From the NCBI GenBank assembly GCA_963766715.1, contig CAVYBH010000018.1, forward strand, positions 1 through 44,019: 44,019 bases of DNA. The letters are read 5' to 3'. The translations under genes were made by a program, and so were the position numbers. The stretch is from an uncultured delta proteobacterium. Lineage in GTDB: Bacteria; Myxococcota; Myxococcia; Myxococcales; Anaeromyxobacteraceae. Positions 1-12,100 of the stretch are shown one piece after another. The notes beneath the pieces are model-generated. The model was not told the DNA's origin. It was given only the letters and a program-made list of their open reading frames with translations, and did not search any database. Positions within the stretch are counted from its first letter, which is position 1. The number at the start of each line of letters is the position of its first letter.

Positions 1-89
1 TGCTCCAGGAGGGCACGGATCGCCTCCTCCAGCTTCACGATCTCCGACCGCAGCGCATCGCGCTTCGCCAGGCGTTCCTCTTGCGTCAC
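1..89 (-). CDS. Partial CDS (N-terminus only, runs off the window), coiled-coil-like, function unknown
   Basis: GTG at 89-87 with an AGGAG RBS (100-96); translates MTQEERLAKRDALRSEIVKLEEAIRALLE; divergent from the cytochrome cluster. Confidence 0.6.
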   Translation of the reverse strand, partial: MTQEERLAKRDALRSEIVKLEEAIRALLE

Positions 90-340
90 AATCGACTCCT
101 CCCCGAGATGCGGCCCGGCGCGGGAGAGCCGCGCGGGGCGAGGGGGCATCATAGCCCCGTCGCGCTCCCCGGAGGAAGCGATTGCGCTCGATTCGGGGCG
201 GATCCCCGGGCCCTTCCGGGGCCACGCCCGGTGTTCACTGTCAGTTCATCTGAAGGCGCCGGATGCGTGACCCCAGCCGGGCCGCGCCGGTCCCCGCTGG
301 GCAGCTCTCTCATAATCTCTCACCCCAGAGGGTCACTCGA

Positions 341-356
341 TGGCCTGTCCCGTGCA
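341..356 (+). promoter_or_regulatory. Candidate sigma54 (-24/-12) promoter for the giant cytochrome
   Basis: TGGCCTGTCCCGTGCA has GG(342-343)-N10-GC(354-355) spacing, about 70 nt upstream of ATG 429. Confidence 0.4.
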
Positions 357-428
357 CTGGGTACGCAAACCTACACGATTGGGTGCGCAGTTCTTGCGGG
401 CGAATTGAGTGTAGTCAGGGAGGGGTAA

Positions 429-3400
429 ATGTCGGGACATAGGTCGGGCGGCACCCACATCGGATTTTCTGTCGTTGTCCTGGCAGCTTGCGTATCCGTG
501 ATATCGGCCTGCTCGAGTCCGCGGCCGGCAGCCCTTACCGGTCCTGGCGATGGCGCATCGGGCGGCAGCAAAGCTTGCACCCTGTGCCATGGCGACGGGA
601 CACGGGTAGCGACCCCGACGAACCCCTATCTTGCCGCCGCCCCCCCGAACGGGACGAACGGGGAGACCAGTGCCTCGAGCCCGCGCCGTCGGCGCCCACC
701 TGCTCCACCTCCAGGGCGGTGCGCTCCGTCCCGCCATCGCCTGTGCCGAGTGCCACGTGGTGCCGACCATCGCGGCCCACGCGAACTCGAAGGTCGAGGT
801 GACCTTCGGCCCGCTCGCCACCACCGGCGGGGCCGTCCCCACCTGGAACGGTTCCTCCTGCTCGGCCTCCTACTGCCACGGCGCCTTCACCGGCGGCGAC
901 GCGACCAACGCCCCCACCTGGACCGCGCCCCGGTCGGCCTCCTGCGGAACCTGCCACGGCCTTCCCCCCGCCGCGCCCCACCCCGACGTGACCGGCAGCG
1001 CGAGCTGCGGCGACTGTCACGCCGGGCTACACGGCCACGTCGGTCAACCTCGCCAACCACATGAACGGCAAGGTCGACGTGGCCGGGCTCGCCTGCTCGT
1101 CCTGCCACGGCGACGCGACCCGCGCCGACACCGCCCTCAATCCCCAGTTCTCCGCCGCGCCTCCGCGCGGGACGAAGGGGGAGACCGCCACCTCCTCCCG
1201 CGCCGTGGGCGCCCACGCCATCCACCTCAGGGACGGCAACTTCCTCGCCTGCACCGAGTGCCACGTCCTCCCCGCCAGCGTCCCCCACTCGAACGGGACC
1301 GTGGAGATCGCCTTCGGCCCGCTCGCCCGCACCGACGGCGCGAGCCCGTCCTGGAACGGCACCACCTGCTCGAACGTCTACTGCCACGGCGCCTTCGCCG
1401 GCGGGAACACCGCCAACGCCCCGATCTGGACGGCCCCGGTCGCGGCCTCCTGCGGCACGTGCCACGGCCTTCCGCCCGTCGCGCCGCACCCGCAGAACGC
1501 CGACTGCTCGAGCTGCCACACCGGCTACACCGCCTCCACCGTCAACCCGGCGCTCCACCTCAACGGCAAGCTCGACGTGAGCGCGCTCGGCTGCAGCTCC
1601 TGTCACGGCGACTCGACGCGCGCCGGGACCGCGCTGAATCCCCTGCTCTCCGCCGCCCCGCCCAAGGACACGGGCGGCAACACCGCCACCTCCTTCCCCG
1701 GCGTCGGCGCCCACCAGGCCCACCTCGAGCGCGGGCACGCTTCGCGGCCCCCTGGCCTGCAGCGAGTGCCACGTCGTCCCGTCGGGCACGCACCCGAACG
1801 GCGCCGTCGACCTCGTCTGGGGCCCGCTCGCCAAGGCGGGCGGCGCGACGCCCGGGTTGGAATCCGGCCACCCACACCTGCACCAACTACTGCCACGGCG
1901 CCACGCTCGGCGGCGCCGCGCACGCCACGCCGTCCTGGACCGGCGGCGCCGCGGAGGTCGCCTGCGGAAGCTGCCACGGCCTGCCGCCCCCGGCGCCGCA
2001 CCCGGCCATCTCGGCGACGACCAGCTGCGGCGACTGCCACACCGGCTTCACCCGGACGTCCGTGAACGCGGCCACCCACGCGAACGGGGTCGTCGATCTG
2101 GCCTCGATGACCTGCACCTCCTGCCACGGCGACTCGACCCGCGCCGCGACCACGCTGAACCCGCTGCTCCCCGCCGCCCCGCCGAAGGACAGCCAGGGCA
2201 ACACCGCCACCACCGTCCGCGGCGTGGGCGCCCACCAGCGCCACCTCGTCGCCGGCGCGCTCACGGCCGGCGTGGCCTGCAGCGAGTGCCACGCCGTCCC
2301 GACCAGCAACTCCCACTCGAACGGCACGGCCGACGTCCTGTTCGGAAGCCTGGCGAGGACGGGCGGCGTCGCGCCGACCTGGAACGGAGCCGGCTGCGCG
2401 GCCAGCTACTGCCACGGCAACTTCAAGAACGGCAACCTCTCCTACGTGCCGAACTGGACCGCGCCCGCGGCCACCGCCTGCGGGACGTGCCACGGCAGCC
2501 CCGGCAGCCCGGCGCCCGGCGGGACCCACCCGGTCGTCACCGCCGCGACGAGCTGCGGCTCGTGCCACGCCGGCTACACGGCCACGACGGTGAACGCCGG
2601 CCACCCACGCGAACGGCGTGGTGGACGTCTCGTCGATGACCTGCACGACCTGCCACGGCAACTCGGCCCAGACGGCCAGCCAGGCCGCGCCGCTCTACGC
2701 CGCGCCGCCGGTCGACACCAAGGGCAACACCGCCACCACCGCCCGCGGCGTCGGCGCCCACCAGGCCCACCTCGTCGGCACGAACCTCCACACCCCGGCG
2801 ATCGCCTGTGGCGAGTGCCACACCGTCCCGGCCTCGGTCGCCCACTCCACCGGCACGGTCGACATGACCTGGGGAACGCTCGCCAAGGCAGCCGGCGCGA
2901 CGCCCAGCTGGACCGGCACCACCTGCACCAACTACTGCCACGGCGCGACGATGGCTGGCGGCACCCTCCGGTCGCCGACCTGGACCGGCGGAGCGACCCA
3001 GGTCGCCACCTGCGGCGCCTGCCACGGCGCCCCGCCGGCCGCTCCCCACGTCCAGAACTCGGCCTGCGGCAACTGCCACACCGGCTACACCTCCACCACC
3101 GTGAACAAGAGCACCCACGTCGACGGCACCGTCACCGTGGTGCCGCTCACCTGCTCCACCTGCCACGGCCTGGCCACCCGCGCCGCCACGGCGCTCAATC
3201 CGCAGCTCGCCGCCGCCCCGCCCTCCGACACGCGCGGGAACTCGGCGACCTCGGCTCGCGGAGTGGGCGCGCACATCGCCCACCTCACCGGCACCACGCT
3301 CCGCACCGCGGCGCTGGCCTGCACCGAGTGCCACGCCGTGCCCACCGCCCAGACCCACGCGAACGGGACCGTCGAGATGGCCTGGGGATCGCTCGCCCGC

Positions 3401-6378
3401 TCGGGCGGCGCGACGCCGGCCTGGACCGGGACCACCTGCACCAACTACTGCCACGGCGCCAACCTGACCGGCGGGACGATCACCGCGCCCACCTGGATCG
3501 GCGGCGCCACCCAGGTGGCGGGCTGCACGGCCTGCCACGGCGCCCCGCCCCCGGCTCCGCACTCCACGAGCACGGCCTGCGGCTCCTGCCACACCGGCTA
3601 CACCGCCACCTCGGTCGACAAGGCCACCCACATGAACGGCGTGGTGGACACGTCCGGCATGAACTGCACCTCCTGCCACGGCACGGCGTCCCGCGCCGCC
3701 ACCGCCACCAACCCCCAGCTGCCCGCCGCTCCTCCGGTCGGGACCAAGGGTGAGACCGCCACCACGACCCGCGCCGTCGGCGCCCACCAGGCCCACCTCG
3801 TGAACACCCGGCTCCGCTCGGCGGCCATCGCCTGCAACGAGTGCCACACGGTTCCCACGAGCACGTCCCACTCCACCGGCGTGGTCGACATGACCTGGGG
3901 CCCCCTGGCCCGCACCAGCCCGGCCGTCCCGACCTGGACCGGAACGCACCTGCACCAACTACTGCCACGGGTCGACCCTGGCGGGCGGAGCCATCACGAC
4001 CCCCAGCTGGACGGGCGGCGCGACCCAGGCCGCCGCCTGCAACGCCTGCCACGGCGCGCCCCCGGCGCTCCCGCACTCGCAGAGCACGGCCTGCGGCTCC
4101 TGCCACGCCGGCTACACCGCGACCACCGTCAACCTGGCCACCCACCTGAACGGCACGGTCGACGTCTCGGGGATGACCTGCACGTCCTGCCACGGCACGG
4201 CGACCCGCACCGCCACCGTCCTGAACCCGCAGCTCGCGGCGGCCCCGCCGGTCGGGACCCAGGGTGAGACCGCGACCACCACCCGCGCCGTCGGCGCCCA
4301 CCTCGCCCACCTCACCGACGGGACGCTCCGCGGCGCCATGGCCTGCACCGAGTGCCACGCCGTCCCCGCGAGCACCAGCCACTCCACCGGCGCCGTCGAC
4401 CTGACCTGGGGCTCGCTGGCCCGGACCGGCGCCACGACGCCGACCTGGAACGGAACCGCGCTCACGTGCACCAACTACTGCCACGGCGCCACCCTGGCGG
4501 GCGGATCGCTCGCCGTCGCCAAGTGGACGAACGGCGCCGCCGACGTGACCTGCGGCAGCTGCCACGGGTCGCCGCCTCCGGCGCCCCACCCCAGCCTCGT
4601 CGCGGGCACGAGCTGCGGCAACTGCCACCCGGGCTACACGGCCACCACCGTCAACGCCGCCACCCACGTGAACGGAACGGTCGACGTGATCGCGATGACC
4701 TGCACCACGTGCCACGGCACGGCCGGCCGCGCCGCCACCGCCCTCAACCCGCAGCTCGCCGCCGCCCCGCCCGTCGGGACCAAGGGTGAGACCTCGACCA
4801 CGACCCGCGCGGTCGGCGCCCACCAGGCCCACCTCGTGAACACCCGGCTCCGCAGCGCCGCCATCGCCTGCTCCGAGTGCCACACCGTTCCGACCTCGAC
4901 ACAGCCACTCCACCGGCGTGGTCGAACATGACCTGGGGCACGCTCACCCGGACCGGCGGCGTCGTTCCCACCTGGACCGGCACCACCTGCACCAACTACT
5001 GCCACGGCGCCAACGCTCACCGGCGGCGACCATCACGGCGCCCACCTGGACCGGCGGCGCGGCCCAGGCCTCCGCCTGCACCGCCTGCCACGGCGCGCCT
5101 CCTCCGGCGCCCCACTCGACCAGCACGGCCTGCGGCTCCTGCCACACCGGCTACACGGCGACCACCGTCAACACCGCCACCCACATGAACGGCACCGTCG
5201 ACGTCGCCGCCATGACCTGCACGTCCTGCCACGGTACGGCCAGCCGCGCGGCCACCGCCCTCAACCCGCAGCTCGCCGCCGCTCCGCCCGTCGGGACCAA
5301 GGGTGAAACCCTCACCACGACCCGCGCGGTCGGCGCCCACCAGGCCCACCTCGTGAACACCCGGCTCCGCTCGGCCGCCATCGCCTGCTCCGAGTGCCAC
5401 ACCGTTCCGAGCTCGACCAGCCACTCCACCGGCGTGGTGAACATGGCCTGGGGCACGCTCACCCGGACCGGCGGCGTCGTTCCCACCTGGACCGGCGCCA
5501 CCTGCACCAACTACTGCCACGGCGCCAACCTCACCGGCGGCGACCATCACGGCGCCGACCTGGACCGGCGGCGCGACCCAGGCCTCCGCCTGCACCGCCT
5601 GCCACGGCGCACCTCCTCCGGCGCCCCACTCGACCAGCACGGCCTGCGGCTCCTGCCACACCGGCTACACCGCGACCACCGTCAACACCGCCACCCACAT
5701 GAACGGCACGGTCGACGTCGCCGCCATGACCTGCACGTCCTGCCACGGCACGGCGGCCCGGGCCGCGACCACGCTCAACCCGCAGCTCGCCGCCGCTCCG
5801 CCCGTCGGGACCAAGGGTGAGACGGCGACCACGACCCGCGCGCGTCGGCGCCCACATGGCCCACCTCGTGAACACCCGGCTCCGCAGCGCCGCCATCGCC
5901 TGCTCCGAGTGCCACACGGTGCCCACCTCGACCAGCCACTCCAACGGGACGAGGGACCTCGTCTTCGGGACGCTCGCGAAGACCGGCGGGAAGGTCCCGG
6001 CCTACAACGCGACGTCGCTCGGGTGCTCCGCCACCTACTGCCACGGCAACTTCACCGGCGGCGAAGACCACGGCGATCCCGCTCTGGACCGGCGCGGCCA
6101 TGACCTGCACCTCCTGCCACAACATGCCGACGACGAGCACCGGCCAGCACTCGAAGCACATGGGCTTCTCCGGGGTCACCTGCGCCACCTGCCACAGCGG
6201 GATCGCCACGGGCTCGACCACCACCGCCGCCATCGTGGGTCCGGCCCTCCACGTGAACGGCACGAAGGACCTGGCGTTCAGCGGCACGTACAGCGGCAGG
6301 GCCGTGTCCATGACGGTCACGCGCAGCGGCACCAGCGTCTCCTGCTCCGGCTCCTGCCACAGCAGCAAGACCTGGTAG
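429..6378 (+). CDS. Giant lipoprotein multiheme cytochrome c (GSu CxxxxCH...CxxCH-domain type), ~1978 aa after indel correction, ~56 heme-type motifs
   Basis: GGGAGGGG RBS; signal peptide with lipobox-like Cys (VVVLAACVSVISAC); 11 modules of ~513-520 nt continue across frames to TAG 6376-6378. Removing 13 single-base insertions (near 680, 1022, 1730, 1850, 2597, 3947, 4900, 4923, 5015, 5027, 5541, 5840, 6062) gives 5937 nt, a whole number of codons. Manual count: 44 CxxCH plus 12 CxxxCH/CxxxxCH. Confidence 0.85.
575..6200 (+). repeat. Intragenic tandem repeat: 11 copies of a ~171-173-aa five-heme module
   Basis: First CxxCH of each module at ~575, 1093, 1592, 2113, 2642, 3152, 3665, 4179, 4701, 5218, 5732; consensus CTSCHG...NPQLAAAPP.GTKG.T....RAVGAH.AHL...ACxECH.VP....H..G.....WG.L...G...P.W.G..CTNYCHG...P.W......CxxCHG.PP.APH....CGxCH.GYT.T.VN.ATHxNG.VD. 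Confidence 0.9.
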
Positions 6379-6387
6379 GAAATCAAA

Positions 6388-6422
6388 CGACCGGCCCCCC
6401 CTTTCCGGGTGGGGGCCGGTCG
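6388..6422 (+). terminator. Strong hairpin between cytochrome 1 and 2 (terminator/attenuator or mRNA-stability element)
   Basis: 12-bp perfect stem CGACCGGCCCCC(6388-6399)/GGGGGCCGGTCG(6411-6422), followed by only a weak U-tract (gtgtacttcttct). Confidence 0.55.
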
Positions 6423-6509
6423 GTGTACTTCTTCTCGTAGAGTCGGCAAGGGAGGGGGTCCCGGCCGGCTGGAAGAGGGCTCTCCGCGAGGAGCGTCCAG
6501 GAGGAAGAC

Positions 6510-8925
6510 ATGACGTCGATGCGAACCCCTGCTCTCGCGACCGCCCTCTCGCTTTCCCTGCTCGTTGCCGCGTGCGCCGATTCACGGCCCGCCACCTCGG
6601 GGGGACCGGGCGTCGTTTCGTCGGGCGCGCACACGGCCCACCTGTCCGGCGGGCCATTCGCGAACGCATATTCCTGTACGACCTGTCACGACAGCGCGTT
6701 CGCGGTCGTCTTCCCGCCCCCGTCGCTGGCGCGCTCGAACGGCGCGACTCCCGTCTTCGACCCGACCACCAAGACCTGCAGCAACGTGTACTGCCACGCC
6801 GGCGGCCCGGCGCTCACACTCGCTGGCGGGACCCTCCCGGTCCCGGTCTTCGAATCCGCCATCCACCGTCGCGTGCGGCGCCTGCCACGGCGCCCCGCCG
6901 CCGGCGCCCCACACGAGCAACGGCAACTGCGGCGTGTGCCACGACGGCTACACGTCCACCACGGTCAACAAGACGCTTCACATGAACGGCGTGCTGAACG
7001 TCACCTCGGGAGCCTGCACGGACTGCCATGGCGACGGCGCCCGCGCCGCCACGGTGCAGAACCCCCAGCTTCCGGCCGCGCCTCCCAAGGACACTTCCGG
7101 GAACACCTCGACCTCTGCTCCAGGCGTCGGCGCTCACCAGGCCCACCTGAACGACGGAACGCTGCGGCGAGCCATGGCCTGCACCGAGTGCCACGTGGTG
7201 CCGGGCGACCTCGCTCACGCGACCCAGCCTCTCCAGCTCACCTGGGGCCCGCTCGCCACGACCCAGGGCGCGACCCCGGCCTTCAACCCGACCTCGCTCA
7301 CCTGTAGCTCCACCTACTGCCACGGCGCGACGCTGAACGCCGGGGGCACGCTCACGAACCCGGTCTGGACCTCGGGTGCTTCCCGAATCGCCTGCGGCTC
7401 CTGTCACGCCGCCCCACCGCCGGCTCCCCACCCGCAGAACGCCAGCTGCGGCTCGTGCCACCCGGGCTACACCGCCACGACCGTCAACGTCGACCTCCAC
7501 GTGAACGGCGTGGTCGACCTCTCCACCCAGACCTGCACGGCCTGCCACGGCGACGCGACCCGCACGGCGTCGGTGCTGAATCCCCAGCTTCCGGCCGCTC
7601 CGCCCAGGGACACAGCCGGCAACACGGCCGCCACCGCCCCGGGCGTGGGCACACACCAGCTGCACCTGAACGACAACGCGATGCGGGGTGCATTGGCCTG
7701 CACTGAGTGCCACACGGTCCCGGCCGACGCCAATCACGCGACCCAGCCCCTCCAGCTCACCTGGGGGCCGCTCGCCACGACCCAGGGCGCGACTCCGGCC
7801 TTCAACCCGACCTCGCTCACCTGCAGCTCCACCTACTGCCACGGCAATTTCCAGTTCACCGCCGTGGTCAGCACGAGCTACACGATCTCCGGGAACAGGA
7901 CCTACGGGCCGGTCTTCAACGCCCCGGCGACCCAGGTCTGCGGCACGTGTCATGGCAGCGCCACGATCGCGACTCCGGTCGGTCACCCCGCGCTCGCGGC
8001 GACCGCCACCAACACCACCTGCAGCGTCTGCCACCCGGCGACCGTGAAGTCCGACGGGACCATCGACGTCGCGGGCGGCAAGCACATCGACGGGCAGGCC
8101 CAGGCGCTGGCGGCAGCGAGCCACCCGGCCGGCTGGATGATCCCGGGTGACCCCAACTTCCATGCCGGACCGGCCGGGCAGGCTCTTCAGGGCTGCATGA
8201 CCTGCCACGCTCCCACGCCTCCGGCGACGGTCGCGAACGTCGTGTGCAGCACCTGCCACGGCACGACCTGGGCGAACGCATGGGTCGACGCAACCAGCTG
8301 CACGATGTGCCACGGAACGTCCGGGCGCACCGGCGGAAGCGCGGCGAACCCGGTCAACGCGGCCCCGCCGGTCGGCACCTACGGGCACGAGACCGACGCC
8401 ACCCGCATCGGTGCCCACCTCGCTCACCTCCAGTCCACGCTTTCCCCGCCGGTCCAGTGCAGCGAGTGCCACGTGGTCCCCACCACGGCCCTCTCCCCGG
8501 GACACGCCAACGGACCCGACGCCACCATCACCTTCGGGACTCTCGCAAGGGCCGACGGGAGCAACCCGACCTGGAACGGGGCGAGTTGCTCGGCGAGCTA
8601 CTGCCACGGCAGCACGACGAACGGCGGGTCGCTCAAGACCCCGAACTGGTCCGGTGGGGCCTCACAGGCGGCGTGCGGCACCTGCCACAGCGTCGCCACC
8701 GCTTCGCTCGGGGGGCACCACGACAGCCCGAGCGAGCACCGGGTGGCCTGCTCCACTTGCCACGGCGACGGATACTCCTCGAGCGCCGTCACGGGCGCGG
8801 CCATCGCCACCCACGTCAACGGCCTGCCCATCACCATCAAGCCAGGCAACCCGCCTGGATGGGACCCGACGCGGCGCGGGTGCACGAACAGTTGCCACGG
8901 CAACCAGTTCGAGGGCCCTTGGTAG
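6510..8925 (+). CDS. Lipoprotein multiheme cytochrome c, ~804 aa, ~22 heme-type motifs
   Basis: GGAGGA RBS; lipobox LLVAAC; one +1 indel near 6852 joins the 6510 and 6565 frames; 17 CxxCH plus 5 CxxxCH/CxxxxCH; same module as gene 1; near-identical internal DNA repeat starting at 7216 and 7735 (519-nt period). Confidence 0.85.
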
Positions 8926-9024
8926 GCACGGGTCGGTCAGCGGTTTTTCCAGCCTGGCGACTTCTCGAATCCGGCCCGGTGGCCGACGCCGCTGCGCCCC
9001 AAAAACAGGGGTCGAGTCGCATCG

Positions 9025-9049
9025 TTGATTAACAAATTAGCATAATCAA
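9025..9049. promoter_or_regulatory. AT-rich inverted repeat upstream of cytochrome 3, candidate transcription-factor site
   Basis: TTGATTA-N11-TAATCAA inside an unusually AT-rich patch (~9020-9070). Confidence 0.45.
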
Positions 9050-9139
9050 ATCGGATATTTGTACGTAACATCGCGGACCAGCGCGACCCGTCCCATTTTA
9101 CCGAGCAGGGCCGATCTCCCAGGACTACAGTCGGGGGCT

Positions 9140-12100
9140 ATGCGCGCGCCCACATTGCGTCCCGGCCTCGCCCTGGTCTTGACCGCCGCCGTCGTCGCCG
9201 GAGCCGGGTGCTCCAAGGGCTCATCGACCTCCGGAACGAACACCCCCGCTCCTACCGGCGCCGTCCATACCCCGCACCTCCAGGGCGGCATGTTCTCGGC
9301 AGGCATGGCCTGCTCCGACTGCCACGCGCCCTCCGGCTTCGCGGTCGACTTCTCGCAGAACCCGGACGTCAAGGCCGCCGGCGCCACCTTCGACCCGGTG
9401 AACAAGACCTGCAGCAACGTCGCCTGCCACGGAAACTTCACCTTCGGCCCGGTGGCTGGCGCGAATGCGGTGGTGAACTGGAACGACCGCACGCCGCTTT
9501 CCTGCACCTCGTGCCACGGGATGCCGCCCACCGGTCACCCGGCGTATCCGGGTACCCCCGACGCGAGGTCCTGCTCTCCCTGCCACGTCGACAGCGTCAA
9601 GGCCGACGGAACCATCAACGTGGGCGCCGGGACGCACATGAACCTGAAGGCCGAGGTCTCCGGAGGCGCCTGCGCGAGCTGCCACGGCGACCCGGCTCGC
9701 GTCGCCACCGTGCCCGGCACCGACCCCGACCTGACCTCGGCGCCCCCGATCGCACCCTCTGGCTCGGCGGCGTCCGTCGTCGGCGCCCACCTGGCCCACA
9801 TGAACCCGAACCCGGGCGCCCTGGTCGCCGGGACCCCGGTGGCCTGCTCCGAATGCCACGTCGTCCCCGCCGACGCGACCCACGCCACCAGCCCTCCCGC
9901 GCAGAAGGTCGTGTTCGGGTCGCTGGCGACGGCTGGCGGTGCCGCTCCCTCCTTCGTGGCCGGGACCGCTGGATGCGCGGCGTCTTACTGCCACGGCAAC
10001 TTCGCCTTCAACGGCGTCTCCGGGGCGAACGCCACTCCGATCTGGACCGACGTCACCGCGATGGATTGCACCTCGTGCCACGGCATGCCCCCCACCGGGC
10101 ACCCGCCGGTCGTGGGCACGCCGAACGCAGCAGCCTGCTCGGCCTGCCACCCGTCCTCCATCAACCCGGACGGCAGCGTGACCGCCATGGGCGCGCACCT
10201 CGACGGCAAGGCGGACGTGGGCGCGCTCGGCTGCACCGATTGTCACGGCGACCCGGCGCGCACGGGGACGCTTCCCGGGACCGACCAGAACCTCGTCTCC
10301 TCTCCCCCGGTCGCGACGACCGGCGCACTGCCGGGCGTCGTGGGCGCCCACCTCGGGCACGTGAACCCCACCGCGGCGAGCGCACTCATGGGCCCCATCG
10401 CCTGCAGGGAGTGTCACGTGGTGCCCACCGACCTGGCTCACGCCAAGAACCCTCCCTCGCAGTCCGTGGTCTTCGGTCCGCTCGCGAAGACGGGCGGAGC
10501 GGCACCGACCTACGCGGCTGGGACGGCCGGCTGCGCGGCCTCCTACTGCCACGGCAACTTCACCTTCAACGGGGTCTCCGGATCGAACGCCACGCCCGTC
10601 TGGACCGATGCCACCCCCCTGACCTGCACCTCCTGCCATGGCATGCCGCCCACGGGCCACCCCGCCATCGCTTCCGGCACTGCCGCGTCCTGCGCCTCCT
10701 GCCACCCGAAGTCCATCAACGCCGACGGCTCGGTCAACCTCACGGACAGGGGCCACCTGAACGGCCTGCCCGACACGTCGGCCGTTGGCTGCGCCTCGTG
10801 CCACGGCGACCTGGCGCGCAAGGGAATCCTCCCCGGGACCGACCTGAACCTGGTCTCCTCGCCGCCGGTGGCGCCGCCCGGCGCGCCGGCCTACGCCGTG
10901 GGTGCGCACCTCGGCCACGTGAACCCCACCGCGGCCAGCGTGCTCATGGCCCCATCGCCTGCGCCGAGTGCCACGTCGTTCCCGCCGATTCCGCGCACGC
11001 CAAGAGTCCGCCCGCACAGAAGGTCGTGTTCGGGGCCTTCTCGAGGACCGGCGGCGCCCTCCCGACCTGGACGGCCGGGACCGCCGGTTGCGCGGCCTCC
11101 TACTGCCACGGCAACTTCACCTTCAACGGCGTGACCGGCGCGAAGGCCACGCCCATCTGGACCAGCACGGCGCTGCTCACCTGCACGTCCTGCCACGGGA
11201 TGCCGCCCACCGGCCACATCGCCACGACCTCCTCACGGCCGCCTCCTGCGCACAGTGCCATCCGGCCGCGGTCAACGCCGACGGGACCATCAAACCCGGC
11301 GAAGGGCCACCTGAACGGGAAGGCGGACGTGACCGCGCTCGCGTGCACCTCCTGCCACGGCGACGCGGCTCGCAAGGGAACGCTGGCCGGCACGGACGCG
11401 AACCTCGCCTCCGCGCCGCCGGTGGCCCAGCCGGGTGCGCCCTCCTACGCGGTGGGCGCCCACATGGGGCACATGAACCCGACGGCGGCGAGCTACCTCA
11501 TGGCGCCCATCGCCTGCAAGGAGTGCCACGTGGTGCCCGTCGATTCCGGGCACGCGACGAGCCCGCCCGCCACCGTGGTGGTCTTCGGCACGCTCTCGAA
11601 GACGGGCGGCGCCGTGCCCACCTTCAACGCCGGCACCGCGGGCTGCGCGGCCTCGTACTGCCACGGCAACTTCACGCTCGGCGCGGTCAAGGGATCGAAC
11701 GCCACGCCCGATCTGGACGAGCACCGCGCTCCTCACCTGCACGGCCTGCCACGGCATGCCGCCCACCGGCCACCCCGCCTACACCGGCACGCCCACGGCT
11801 GCGAGCTGCTTCCAGTGCCACCCGCAGTCGATGAACGCGGACGGCACCATCAAGCAGGGCGGCGGGCACATCAACGGGAAGGCCGACGGCGGAGGCTGCA
11901 CCGGTTGCCACGGGGACCCGCCGGCGACCGGGAAGCACACCCTCAGTGACCACCGCAACCGGCGATGCGACGCCTGCCACCCGACCGGCTACACCAACGC
12001 GACCGCCGGTGGCCCCCTTCCACCAGAACAGCGTCGTCGACATCGGCTCCCAGGCTGGCTACTGCTGCGGCCTCAAGGGCTGCGCCCCGGGTGCCACCCG

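Noticed and set aside
357..428. c-di-GMP/cGAMP (GEMM-I) riboswitch in the cytochrome leader
   Set aside because: ACGCAAA and some pairing (CTACAC/GTGTAG) are present, but I cannot find the GNRA tetraloop/receptor two-stem architecture; an Infernal search with the Rfam c-di-GMP-I model would settle it.
9025..9049. FNR box
   Set aside because: Half-sites match but the spacing is N15, not N4.
575..12000. CRISPR array or non-coding repeat
   Set aside because: Repeats are ~515-nt protein-coding modules without unique spacers, and no cas genes are present.
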